Of a DNA stretch of 64,000 bases, positions 42,812 to 56,526 are shown one piece after another. Both the position numbers and the translations under genes were made by a program. The first letter of the stretch is position 1; the number at the start of each line of letters is the position of its first letter. A model generated the notes under the pieces. The model did no database searches and had not been told where the DNA came from. It was given only the letters and a program-made list of their open reading frames with translations. Where the stretch lies: contig OX597818.1 of assembly GCA_951406725.2 (NCBI GenBank), forward strand, positions 137,268,001 to 137,332,000. Direction: 5' to 3'. This DNA comes from Octopus vulgaris. Its lineage: Eukaryota.

Positions 42812-43002
42812 TATTTCTTTACTACCCACAAGGGGCTAAACACAGGCGGACAGAGAAATGGATTAAGTCGATTACATCGACCCCAGTGCGTAACTGGTAC
42901 TTAATTTATCGACCCCGAAAGGATGAAAGGCAAAGTCGACCTCGGCGGAATTTGAACCCAGAGCGTAACGGTGTGCTAACGGTTCTGCCAGCTCGCTGCC
43001 TT
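42812..43002 (-). mobile_element. SINE family B
   Basis: Reverse-complement match; TAGTCGGAAGAATAT repeated on both flanks (TSD-like). Confidence 0.85.
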
Positions 43003-43029
43003 AGTCGGAAGAATATATTGTTAAATTTG

Positions 43030-44750
43030 AAGACACCGAGGAAGTTCAGGTTGTGGGCTTCATTTTAAAGGAATACGAGGCGATAGCATAAGCTAATTGC
43101 GGTAGGTCTGCGGATCGGCAACTGGAGAGGCAAAACCATGCCAACGTACAGCACAGTAGGTCGATGGACAGATGGACCAGAGAAACTGCACGGTGTGTAG
43201 TTTGACCCGGACATCAAAGTAAATAATAAATGAGACGAGTTTACAAGCAGGGTGGCCTGCCCCACCCAGAAATTAGCCGAGAGGAAATTATCCCTAAAAA
43301 GTCGAGCAGAAGTGGCGAATGCTCACATCACCGCTTTAATTATTTGCCGCCTGGCTGTTGCACCTTGCCCCAATTCACGTTTGGCCGGATTGAGCGTTTA
43401 CCTTTCTAATTTCTGTGGAAAGGACGTGTTCCACTGGTCAGGTGGTCCATCTGCTGCCAGTGCCCTCTGGATGGTGAGGTTGGTATGTCATGGCTGTTTA
43501 TGCGCAAATATGCGCGTGACTACGCTACATAGATTTTCCTTGATCGTGAGCCGGTGTGGTCTCCCTTTGTAAGAGACACTTCTTCGCAGCTCTTTGACGG
43601 AATTGCAATCCTGGGTCGAGAAAGGATTAAACTTAGGCCCCTTGCATCTGGAATCTCGTCAGGCGCCCACTGGTTTCTACCAATCGGGCCTTACACTTGG
43701 TGGATGTTTTACGCTAGCTAGCTATATATACTCTTTTTACTCTTTTACTTGTTTCAGTCATTTGACTGCGGCCATGCTGGAGCACCGCCTTTAGTCGGGC
43801 AAATCGACCCCGGGACTTATTCTTTGTAAGCCCAGTACTTATTTTATCGGTCTCTTTTGCCGAACCGCTAATTGACGGGGACGTAAACACACCAGCATCG
43901 GTTGTCAAGCAATGCTAGGGGGACAAACACAGACACACAAACATATACACACACACTTATATAAATATACATATATACGACAGGCTTCTTTCAGTTTCCG
44001 TCTACCAAATCCACTCACAAGGCATTGGTCGGCCCGGGGCTATAGCAGAAGACACTTGCCCAAGATGCCACGCAGTGGGACTGAACCCGGAACCATGTGG
44101 TTGGTTAGCAAGCTACTTACCACACAGCCACTCCATGATATATATATATATATTTATATCATGGTAAGAACGATGATGTTCTCGGGAAAGCACATGGCGC
44201 AAACGTGGATAAACTAGTTGGTCTTTCTCGGAGAACTTTCGGGCCCGGTACTACCATCGACAATTTCCAGAAATCTTTGGTCTGGTAGTGCTACCAACAA
44301 ACACTGCCAGTTTGAAATAAACTCTACAGGGCCGGAAACGCTGTCAAGCAGGAACGTCTGAAATGCGCGCGAATTGACGAAACCGTCCTGCATGTACTTG
44401 TGCAGTGTCCGAGTCATGCTGACATGTAGAGTTATGTCGAATAGTGAGGAAGGACACCTTACCCTTCGGTCAAGCTTTCATCAATTTATTAAGATCCACT
44501 TGGAAAGGAAAGTGAGGTGAAAGAGTGAAGTACTACTTCAAGTGAATTTGCGAAAAGATGGGTGACAGCGGCAAAAATAGTTACAATGAATGGCTTTGTA
44601 GAATAGAAAGCATGAGAGAGGGCTCGTGCTTTTGGTGGTTAGGGTTATCTTGTATTTTCAATACTAAGTATACTTTTATCACATTTTACTCGGTAAATCT
44701 ACAGGCAAATTGTCTTCTATCTTTCTGATGTCACCCTCATCTATGCGCTG
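43030..44750 (+). mobile_element. Decayed Tx1/L1-clade LINE ORF2 3' portion, interrupted by SINE C
   Basis: GPEKLHGV*FD...ERKLSLKSRAEVANAHI (post-RT) and LPV*NKLYR...KCARIDETVLHVLVQCP (C-terminal zinc-knuckle-like). Confidence 0.75.
43731..44134 (-). mobile_element. SINE family C (full length)
   Basis: Near-identical to 2569-2977. Confidence 0.88.
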
Positions 44751-44800
44751 GTGACAATTAAAATAAATTCCCTTTCTTCTTCTTCTTCTTCTTCTTCTTC

Positions 44801-44848
<48 letters not shown>

Positions 44849-44851
44849 GTG

Positions 44852-44917
<66 letters not shown>

Positions 44918-44926
44918 ATAGTAGTA

Positions 44927-45142
44927 AGGCGGCGAGCTAGCAGAATCGTTAGCACGCTGGGCAAAATACTTGGTAGCTTTTCGACTGCCGCTACATTCTG
45001 AGTTCAAATTCCGCCGGGGTCGACTTTGCCTTTCACCCCTTTCGAGAGTCGATATATTGAGCACAAATCAAGTACTGGGGTTGATGTGATCAACTTACCG
45101 CTTTCCCCAAATTTCAGGCCTTGTGTCGACAGGAGAAAGGAA

Positions 45143-45183
<41 letters not shown>

Positions 45184-45335
45184 GTAGTAGTAGTAGTAGT
45201 AGTAGTAGCACTAGTAGTAGTGGTAAGGCAGCTAGCTGGCAAAATCGTTAGTACACCGGGCACAATGCTTAGCAGTATTTCGTCTGTCGCTACGTTCTGA
45301 GTTCAAATTCCGCCGAGGTCGACTTTGCCTTTCAT
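44927..45335 (+). mobile_element. Two SINE family B copies (second partial) among (TAG)n/(TAC)n
   Basis: AGGCGGCGAGCTAGCAGAATCGTTAG at 44927; AGGCAGCTAGCTGGCAAAATCGTTAG at about 45226. Confidence 0.75.
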
Positions 45336-45399
<64 letters not shown>

Positions 45400-45404
45400 C
45401 GGTA

Positions 45405-45665
45405 GTAAGTTAGTTAGTTAGTTAGTTAGTTAGTTAATTTGGCTCAAAAGCAAATAGCAAGGCCATGTAGAGGGACATGGAGTTAAGTACAGGGTGGTGT
45501 TCATGTAAAGAGTTCAGGCCACTTGAGGTCCAGGGAGGCTTTGAACAAAGCGGTCGTCGGCATCTTCACCATCTCGTCTGGCAGCTTGTTCCACGGATCC
45601 GCAACCCGGACGGAGAAAGCTCCTCTCCTTCGATTGAGATGAAATCGTCGCAGGTAGAGCTTTTC
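45405..45665 (-). mobile_element. CR1-type LINE 3' end with (TAAC)n tail
   Basis: RRGAFSVRVADPWNKLPDEMVKMPTTALFKASLD matches the CR1-group terminal FS.RV...WN.LP......FK..LD motif. Confidence 0.8.
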
Positions 45666-46307
45666 GGAAGTAGTTGTAGTATCCTCCTTCACATCATCAT
45701 TATCAACATCACTACTATCATGATCTTCATAATCATCAACATCATTATTATAACGATGATGACGATGATGATGATGATGATGATGATGACGATGACGATG
45801 ATAACAATGATGATGATGATGATGAATGTGATGACGACGACGATGGTGATGATGATAACGATGATGATGAATATGATGATGACGAATATGATTGATGACG
45901 ATGGTGATGATGATAATGATTATGTTGATGATGATGCTTATGCTGATGAATGCGCAGAAAAGGAAATAAGAAAAACAAGTAAAATGTAACAAAAATAAAA
46001 ACACCAAAAAAAAAAAAAATAAAAATTAAAAAAAACAAAAAACACCTTAAATATATGTAACACTAAATCTTGCATCCCAGTGTTAGGGAAAGAAAAAAAA
46101 TATTCATAATAATGGTGAGGCTGAAGTTTTCAACTTTACCGGGGGTTGTTCACATTTATTCATTCCAGTCTGTCCCTGAAATTATAGGGAGCGAATCACT
46201 TTTTTTTACGATTTTCCGGGATCCATTCCCGCTCACCAGTTTCGTCTCGCTACGTGAAAGGCAAATACAGTAATTAAGGATATACGCTGTATATGCATTT
46301 ATGAAGG

Positions 46308-46380
<73 letters not shown>

Positions 46381-46482
46381 GTATATATGTATATCTATAT
46401 ATATATATATAAATATATGTATATGTATATATATGTGTATATATACATACATGGATAAATACATATGTATATAGGTATATAT

Positions 46483-46530
<48 letters not shown>

Positions 46531-46819
46531 GTATATATATACGTATATATATACATAGATGGATAAATACATATGTATATAGGTATATATATATATAAAC
46601 ATATAAATATATATATTTATATACATGTATACATGCACACACACATATAGGGATATATATATATGCATATATATGTGTATATATATTTATATGGATATAT
46701 GTGTATATATGTATATATTTATATGTGTGTGTGTGCATGCGGGAATAGATAGTTGTGGTGGAGGTATTGATGGTGTGGGTGCTGTGGGTGCTTGAGTGTG
46801 TATGTATGTGTATGTGCGA

Positions 46820-46869
<50 letters not shown>

Positions 46870-46977
46870 ATTAATTATATACATATATATACACACATTT
46901 ATATGTGTATGCATATATATATGTATATATATGTATTTATGCGTATATATAAGTCTAAATATATTTATATGTTTTTT

Positions 46978-47041
<64 letters not shown>

Positions 47042-47333
47042 AGACGGTTGTGGTGGATGTATTGGTGATATCGGTGCTGGAGGTGCGTGTGTGTGTACAT
47101 ATGTGAGTGTGAGTGAATGTGTGTTACGTCTTTCCTTTGTAAAGTTTTATTCGAGCGTCCTTGCGCGTCTTTATGTCTCTATGATTCTTTCAATATGTTA
47201 TATGTGTGTACTACACACAATCATACACACACACACATACACACATATATATAGCTAGATATATACATATATACTTACACATACGTACGCACTCGTACGC
47301 ATGCTCTCACATGCACGCATTCACGCGTACGCG

Positions 47334-47374
<41 letters not shown>

Positions 47375-47581
47375 TTCCCAGGCAATTATATACGTACGTA
47401 TATGCAAGCTATTTCACCGACGCACATATTTACAAAGGTGCATATCTCTCTATCTATCAATTCACACATGTACACATATAACATATACATGTGTGTATAT
47501 AGCTAGATAGCTAGATAAATAGATAGATAGACATGCAGATGGATGGATGTATATGTATTTATATATATGTATGTGTATACA

Positions 47582-47721
<140 letters not shown>

Positions 47722-48036
47722 TATTGAGAGAGAGAGATAATTAGATAGATAAATAAAAGTCATATATTGTGTAGAGGGCCTAATTGTTAAGATGTAGGCT
47801 TCACAAATGTTATATCACATGTTCGATCCTACTTCGTGGCATATTCGGCAATTTTCTACTTCCAGAGCTTCCCTTCAACCCGCGAAGAAGTTGGTCCGGT
47901 AGAATGTCCATATTCTAAATATACACTCTTGTAACACTGTAACACACGGTGTACCATGCTGAGCTGTGTGCTCAACCACTCATGTATCAAATCAGGAGGT
48001 AATTCAATTGGCTAACTAAATTCATATCATCACAAA

Positions 48037-48347
48037 GTTGTGAGTGTTTATTGAGCGAAAACACCCAAAAAGCTCCACGAGGCTCCGGCAGGGGATGGTG
48101 GTGATCCCTGCTGTTCTCTTTCACCACAACTTTCTCTCATTCTTACTTCCTGCTTCTGTTGTACCTGTATTTCAAAGGGCCGGCCTTGTCACTCTCTGTG
48201 TCACGCTGAATATCCCCGAGAACTACGTTAAGGGTACACGTGTCTGTGGAGTGCTCAGCCATTTACACGTTAATTTCACGAGCAGGCTGTTCCGTTGATT
48301 CGGATCAACCGGAACCCTCGTCGTCGTAACCGACGGAGTGCTTCCAA
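48037..48347 (+). mobile_element. SINE family A, 5'-truncated
   Basis: Starts at GTTGTGAGTGTTTATTGAGCG and ends GGAGTGCTTCCA. Confidence 0.88.
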
Positions 48348-49507
48348 TTCCAATTAGCACATAGGTGCAAAATACGGTCGAAAAATTAGCACTTGGATAC
48401 CAAAGATGTAGAGAAAAATACTATTTTATTATAAAGTAGAAAAAACTTACACATGACCGTTCGTCATACAGTTACGATATGTCCAGTGCTGTTGTAAGTC
48501 ATCTCTTCCTCTATTTCGATTTCCCGCTGTAAATGAGTAAGCCTGCGAAGGCCTGCATCCCGTTCAAGTGACATCTTTTGCTCCTCTTTTCATATATAGG
48601 CCACGGAACCGAGTTACCGATCCTTTGAGTCCTGGGACTCTAAACAGTATTTACTATCAGTAATCTCTCCGTGGTTATGGAAGCGCGTAGCTTAGTGGTT
48701 AAGGTGTTGGACTAATGATCGTAAGAGTGTGGTTTCGATTCCTGAACCGAGTAACGAGTCGCGTTTTTGAGCAAAACACTTCTTTTTACGTTGCTCGGCA
48801 TGACTCGAGGAGGTAACTTTACTTTTTCTGTGGTGAAAATACAATAATGTTTCAAAGATGAAAATTTAAGAATATGAGAATCTCGTCAAATCTATTCTCC
48901 TTTCATCTAACTACAGAATGAAACAAAGCCTGTGGTTTAACAGTCTTGCTGACTTTACGCAGCAGATGCTACGGTTGTATGTTTTTAAATGGTAGCGAAC
49001 AGGTGCAATATACACATACAAATAATTAGAAGCAACCATACCAACATTCACATGAACGAGACAAATTGTTGAAATGATAGTAAATAGCGGTGATCCCAAT
49101 CGATAGATCGATGAAACGTAATTTAGAACAGAAACAAGATAATGCCATGTGTAGAAGCGAACCAGATAACTCCAGATTGAAGAATTGATGGAATTCTTAC
49201 AAGGTTTTGGAAGAAGTGGGGTGAGTAAAGGAGTGGGGAGAACAGGAGGAATTATTGTGAGCCTCCATATTGCATTGCGCTTTTTATTTATCGATATCGA
49301 TCAGTGGTAGTTATGGGAGCTATTCAATCATATCTTCATGTTAATGTGTAAGTGTGTTCGCTTGTATAAGCTTCTTTGTGTGCAAGTGAGTGTGTGTTCG
49401 TCGGCATGTAGTTTTTCGGTGCGTGAGTGTAAGTGTGCGGATGCAAACACACTCACACACACGTGTGTGTCTATGTCTATCTGTCTATCTATCTATCTAT
49501 CTATCTT

Positions 49508-49593
<86 letters not shown>

Positions 49594-49660
49594 CATACAT
49601 ACATACATACATACATACATGCATATACATATATTTATATATATATATATATACATACAT

Positions 49661-49722
<62 letters not shown>

Positions 49723-50022
49723 GCACATAGAGACAGATGTGTACATATACATTACATGCATGTAAGTAAGAAGCTGAGTACGCTGTGAGTATACGTGTGT
49801 GAGGGTGGGTTAGGCGTTGGTTGACAGAAATAATCCGATGAGCAACAAAAATTGTTGAGAATTCTTGAGAATTCTTGAGTCATCATTTATTCTCATATTT
49901 CCAATGTTGACGGACCGGATTCACGTACGAAGTCAAACGTATACACAGAGACATAATCTCACATAATCGCAAAAAAGGACATAATCACACATGTGCACGC
50001 ACAAACTCGCATTTTATACGCT

Positions 50023-50057
<35 letters not shown>

Positions 50058-50814
50058 GTGCATCTGTGTGTGTATATAAATATATATATATACACATACA
50101 TACATACATACATACATACATACATACATACATACATACATACATACATACATACATACATACATACATGCATACATAGAGAGATTGCTACATAGATAGG
50201 GATTGGTGGGGTAAAATCAGCAATGAGTAAGATTAAATGTACTTTTGACTTTGAGACCAAATCTATTTTTTAGAAATGCTCCTACCTTTCAAAACCTGTA
50301 TCAACTAAGCAAACGACCTTCTCTATGTGCATTAAAAACACGCTAACATAATCTGAACACTGTTTCAGAAAGCTATTTTTTTGAGCGTAGAAGACAAATT
50401 TTGTTGGGGCAAAATGGGTAAGACAAGATAAGGTAAACTTGTGTCTTCAATTCTCCAGAATTACGCTTGAAAAATGAAAAATACAAATCAGTATCCATCC
50501 CTTGACATCAGAAAGATCAGAAATGCAACAAAAATTTAAAGATGTTGATAAAATTGAACGAAGGATATGGAAATTAACGAAACTCGGCTAAATCTGAAAA
50601 CTCAACAATAGATTATTCTCTATAGCTTCTTCATGATCTGCTAAGTGGCTCCTTCATGACATATTTGCTCACTATGCAATTAAAGAGAAATTATTGAAAG
50701 TAGTCATTGCTCATTCTGTACTAGTTTAGACAGCATTTTTTCTTTTAAATTGAAAATGATCAAATTAGGCATTAGTGTGGAGGAAAATTGACTTAGAATC
50801 CAACAGAGAAAAGA

Positions 50815-51172
50815 ATATTCTTTTCTGCTCTAGGCACATGGCTCGAAATTCTTGGAGAGGGGGCCAGTCGATTAGATCCTCCCCCCTCCCAGTACGCAAC
50901 TGGTACTTAATTTATCGGCCTCGAAAGGCAAAGTCGACCTCGGTGTGAATTTGAACTCAGAACGTAAAGACAGAGAGGACAAATACGGACAGACAAACGG
51001 ATCAAGTCGATTACATCGACCCCAGTGCGTAACTGGTACTTAATTTATCGACCCCGAAAGGATGAAAGGTAAAGTCGACCTCGGCGGAATTTGAACTCAG
51101 AACGTAACGGCAGACGAAATACGGCTATGCATTTCGCCTGGCCTGCTAACGTTTCTGCCAGCTCGCCGCCTT
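50815..51172 (-). mobile_element. Tandem SINE family B pair (same arrangement as 11511-11912)
   Basis: Alternative-tail partial copy followed by a standard copy. Confidence 0.8.
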
Positions 51173-52319
51173 AGAGAGAAGAATATTGATTGTTAAACAC
51201 ATAAAATTATCTAGATATTTTATTAGTAACCTAAATTACAATCGGGTCAAATTTGAAGAAAAATTTCCTGAAAGAAAAAGTACCTGTCACCTGAGTGTTT
51301 CAAATTCTCTCAAATTCAACAACAACAACTACGCCGACTGATTTCTAATTCCAAATATGATTAAACATCCAAAGATGATGAAACATCAACAAATTACTGA
51401 TGTAATACTGGCAATGTAATGCTTTCAAACAGGTAGGGAGAAAATAATGAGAAAACGTAAATTACACATCTTATCCCAACTACCCAGCGTAATGAAGGAG
51501 TTATCCCCAAGCACTATTCGGCAGCAAACCGGCGAACAAACGACATACGTTACATATGTGTGGTCGATAATGTTTAAAAAATGTGCCAGCTTGCTGGGGA
51601 AGCCTGCTGGAGCCTAGCAGCAGGTATTTAAAGGGAAATTTAACAAGACAGTTAGTCGCCCGCTGACACTCGTTGACGCTACATCGAAGAGGCCAGGGAA
51701 CAGAAGAAAGAAGACATGCACCCAACACCAGAGCTGAAGGCATCTCCGAAAGGGAGGCCCCCGCCACGTCAAAACGGTAGAGGAGTAGGGGCCGAAATCG
51801 GACGTGGTTCCTCCTAATGATGTCTTGAGCTAACTGGATCCTATAAAGGAGCTGTTGTGGTAGCAGACCACGAAACACGGTTGAAATTCCTCCTCGTTAC
51901 ATTTATTCCGTAATTGAATTTAATTTTACGTATCCAACGCCGTGACATACAAACAAATGGTTTTTACATCATTTATGTATAATCATAGACTGGCAGTTCG
52001 ATTCGTCCTCTGTTCGATTCATGTACATGATGTTGATAAGCCACAAGAATGACGAAATATCGGTGTTCCTCACTCCTGAATTCTATCAGAGTCGAATTGC
52101 CTCATCTGTCTACGACTTCTAAATATTTTAATTCCCAGCGTAATGAGCAAGTTGTCCCCCAGGCGCTATGCAACAGCGAGCCGGCGAATGAACAAAACTC
52201 ATACATTGAGTATGTGCGGTCTATAATGTTTACAGCATTAGTGACCTTCGTCCATCTTTCTTTTCCTCATCTGAACATCTTTCTTTTCTTGCACATACGT
52301 CCTAAGGACTGGACGCCTT

Positions 52320-52735
52320 CTGTTTCTCTCTTCTATCTTTTCTCTTTACAAAGAAAATATTTCTCCCAGCGTTCACTATCTTTCCCTCGTCCTGGTCTAA
52401 CGACCCTCCATGTTTGTTTTTGTTCGGTTTCTTTGTATGTCTCCACTGTCCTGTTTTTGTTCCCAACTTTAACCCTCCATAAAATCCAAAATTTATTTTG
52501 GATGCTATGGGAGCAACTGTCTTGGGCCCATAGACTTCGAAGACTCATATTGTCGTTAAATGCTCGAAATGAGGAGTAGATAGACAGCCGACAACTGATG
52601 AAGGGTCGTTCTTTGTCTTACTTTTCGTGTTTTCAATTTCTTTTTTCTCTCGAGTTTGCGTATTTAACACGCTTGTTTTCGTATTTCCTCTTGTTTACAG
52701 TTGGTGACGCTCTGTACTCATATATGCATATATAT
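52320..52735 (+). mobile_element. Hammerhead-bearing non-coding repeat, copy C (most diverged)
   Basis: Shares ACTGTCCTGTT...ACCCTCC..AAAATC upstream and TTTTCGT...CTGTACTCATATATGC downstream with copies A and B. Confidence 0.7.
52544..52606 (+). ncRNA. Non-circularly permuted hammerhead ribozyme motif, copy C
   Basis: CUCAU-A | UUGUCG uuaaau GCUC-GAA-AUGAG gaguagauagacagc CGACAA-CUGAUGA-A-GGGU; stem III CUCAU/AUGAG and stem I UUGUCG/CGACAA perfect; predicted cut after 52549. Confidence 0.75.
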
Positions 52736-52827
52736 ATATAATTTATATTATTATCTAATTGAACGCCATGCATCCATTTTCATATATATATATCCATATT
52801 ATATATATATATATATACACAGATAGT

Positions 52828-52863
<36 letters not shown>

Positions 52864-52909
52864 TACATAAATACATACATACATACATATATACATATAT
52901 ATATGGGTT

Positions 52910-53210
52910 AAGGTGCATGGATTAGTGGTTAGAGTATTCGGATCACGATCGAAAGCTCGCGAGTTCAATTCCCGGTGACGCGTTGTATCCTTGAGCAAGA
53001 CATTTTATTTCACATTGCTTGCTCCAGTCCACTTAGCTGGAAAAAATGAGCAATACCTGCATTTTAGGGGGCCAACTTTGTCACACTCTGTATCATGCTG
53101 AATTTTCTTGAGGACTATGTTAAGGATATGCGTGGTGTGTGTGGAATGCTCAGCCACTTGCACATTAGTTTCGCGAGGTGGCTGTTCGGATCAACTGGAC
53201 CCTTCGTCTA
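52910..53210 (+). mobile_element. Diverged SINE with alternative head and family A tail
   Basis: Similar to 33941-34240. Confidence 0.7.
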
Positions 53211-53217
53211 CATACAT

Positions 53218-53263
<46 letters not shown>

Positions 53264-53945
53264 AGAGAGAGACATATTGAGTGAATGAGTGATATATATA
53301 TATATAGATAGACAGGCAGAGAGATAGACATACAGTTGCATCTATTTGGGAGGTGCGACCCCATGTTTTCAAACACATAATTCTATAGCAAGAAATCTTT
53401 CCACCTTCCACCCCACAAGTTCGGTGGGAAGGAGGTGGGATGGAATTTATCCAAAAACTATAGACCTGGCCTGAAATCTCGCAACAGACTGAACTCCGCT
53501 AAATATATGAGAGGACCAGATCATGGTATTTAATTTGGAGATTCTTCTATTCTACTATCCAAGAAGATAAGATGTAAAGGTCTGAAAGAAATTCTAGAAG
53601 TCATCTTCACCACCGATGTCCTAACATTTCTACGAATCTGCTGCCTAGGGCTGGTACTTTATTTTATTGATCCTTCCCCACCGAAAGGAAGAAGGACAGG
53701 TTTGACCTTCGCGGGGCCTGAACTCTCAGTGCAGGTTGTCAGAATAATTAACAAATCCGGCAAGATATGTTTCCACCACACTCCCGTTCACTTCTCCCTC
53801 TGTCAACAATGTCATACATTAACTCAGTTCTCTGATTGCGACGTAATAAATTATCTGATAAACAATTATCTACTGTATAAGTGTACGCATGTAAACATAC
53901 ATGCGCTCACTCGTAAAACACAGACATACAAGCTGCGTGTATGTG

Positions 53946-54022
<77 letters not shown>

Positions 54023-54024
54023 GC

Positions 54025-54073
<49 letters not shown>

Positions 54074-54973
54074 ATATTTCTAATCCTTCTTTTGTAAGAT
54101 TTATTATAATATAACTGTATATGGCCGCTAACAACACTAAATTGTAAATATATATATTTCAACGTAACGCGTAAGTGCGCATGTGTGGTTTCTTGCTTTG
54201 TGTATATGTGTGTGTATATGTTAGCGTGTGTGTGTGTGTGCGTGTCTGTGTGTGTATGGGCGTTTCTGTATATTTGTATTCTGTATATTTGCATGTGATT
54301 ATCCCGTGATCACTTAGCCTTCTTTAGATCAAAGAAACTGATAACGTTGCGTAATGCAATTTATAAACAGAAAGAATAAAGCCATTACATCATATAACAA
54401 CAAACCTTACAATGTTCTGGCTTTACTTTTTGTGCAATCAGTTAATCTTATATTACACACTTGAGATATGATACACATCTGTTAAAGCATGTTCAAGTAG
54501 TTGTTGTTTAACCACAGGTCGGTCTCGATCGAGTGCATCTATGATCAAACGTGCTATGGCTGTGATAAAAAGATTTTCTTCCTACAAGCATTCGTCTAGA
54601 TTATCCAACTGTCCCACTCTTTGACAGTAATGTGTAATTTGAAAGAGATCAGGTTGCTGTTTCTAGCATATCGAGCTAGGCTCATTGGTGTGACATTCCC
54701 TTGTAGGTATGGTAGTAAAATAGAGAAGGTGGGATTCAATTTTAATACGATAATCCCACAGATTTTCTGTTATATGCAGTAAAAGTAGATTCCAAAATAT
54801 GTGGCTGTGTATCAAAGAAGAATATCTCTATTGTGTTTGGTAAAAGGTGTTCAGCATGTTTTCCAAGAGAAAATTATAAACGCCACCGCCGGCCATTGCC
54901 TTGCTCGCAATAATAAGAACAAAACACACCTCCGACTACGGCAGAGTTCCTTCGTGGTTACTTGATTTGCTGT

Positions 54974-55353
54974 GGAGGCGCAATGGGCCGGTGGTTAGGA
55001 CAGCGGACTCGCGGTCGTAGGATCGCGGTTTCGATTCCCAGACCGACGTTGTGAGTGCTAATTGAGCGAAAACACCTAAAGCTCCACGGGGCTCCGGCAG
55101 GGATGGTGGTGATCCCTGCTGTACTCTTTCACCACAACTTTCTCTCACTCTTACTTCCTGTTTCTGTTGTACCTGTATTTCAAAGGGCCGGCCTTGTCAC
55201 TCTCTGTGTCACGCTGAATATCCCCGAGAACTACGTTAAGGGTACACGTGTCTGTGGAGTGCTCAGCTACTTACACGTTAATTTCACGAGCAGGCTGTTC
55301 CGTTGATCGGATCAACCGGAACCCTCGTCGTTGTAACCGACGGAGTGCTTCCA
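54974..55353 (+). mobile_element. SINE family A (full length)
   Basis: TSD ACTTGATTTGCT at 54960-54971 and 55357-55368. Confidence 0.92.
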
Positions 55354-55766
55354 CACACTTGATTTGCTAGAAACAGCAGCCTAATTTCTCTGAAACCGCA
55401 CCTCACTGTTTCAGATTGTTAGAATCAGATACAGTATATCTCATTAACAGATTCATATTTGTTGAACCACGGAGGAGATTTGACATCCGTTTTACTGGGA
55501 ATAGCAGCCAATTCTCAATGAAATCATATGCTTTTGTGTTATAGACAGAATGACTTATTAAATGACAAGATGATCAGGGATATAGTGCCTTTAATTATGG
55601 GTCTACTCGACCAAAGTTTATTCGAGGTTAAACAACGCGAAAATTCAATTGTTCGAAGAAAATATTCACGAATTAATAGACAAAATCTCTGTTGATTATT
55701 AGTAAATATGTTAGGCAACTCAACTATTATTATTACTCAGACAAGTGTAGGCTTTACTGGTAACTG

Positions 55767-56090
55767 AAGGCGAATGGCTCAGTGGTTAGAGCGTCGGGTT
55801 CGCAATCATGATGCCAGTGAGTTCGATTTCCGGATCGGGCTGTTCTTCAGTAAAACACTTTATTTCACCTTGTTCCAGTCCACTCAACTGGCAAAAATGA
55901 GCTGCGACGTCACTGGTTCCAAGCTGTATCGGCCTTTGACTTTCCTTTGGATAACATTAGTGCCGTGGAGAGAAGAAGCTGCTATGCTTGGGTGACTGAT
56001 GGTCTTCTATAAAACAACTTTGCCTGACGTGTGCCACGGAGGGTAACTTTCAAGGTGCAATCCTAAGGTCATTCATGAGCGAAAGGGGTC
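55767..56090 (+). mobile_element. tRNA-derived SINE, related head with a different tail
   Basis: AAGGCGAATGGCTCAGTGGTTAGAGCG...TTGTTCCAGTCCACTCAACTGGCAAAAATGAG, then unrelated tail. Confidence 0.6.
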
Positions 56091-56526
56091 AAGAAGAAGA
56101 ACTGGCCACTGGTATCGAGCTGAATACCAGGCCATATCGGGTATTGTATCTTGAAGACTTCCTGACCTTAATAGAGGACAAAGACCTCAAAACAACACTG
56201 GCAGAAACAAACACAACATGAAATTGTGTATGTGGGCCAAATTTTGCTCAGTATTGTGCGCATCTCTGTTGCTGCTACTTGAAGAAGAATTGTTCCAGCT
56301 CTGGATCTCTTATTTCGATGTTTCAAATGATATCAGAAATATATGACATAAACAGCGGTAGAATTATGGCACGAAATACTACCTTGTTTCTGGGACACTA
56401 ATAAAATCAAATGAAAGCATTGATACATTAAACACTGGTGTTTGCAATCACTGCCTAAAAACTTTCCGCATAAACACATAATCCACGTTCAGCGTAGAGA
56501 CCTCAGACCAAATTTGTACTAAATAT

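Noticed and set aside
52049-52579. 176-aa ORF overlapping ribozyme repeat copy C
   Set aside because: Composition is driven by pyrimidine-rich sequence and the frame is not kept in copies A or B
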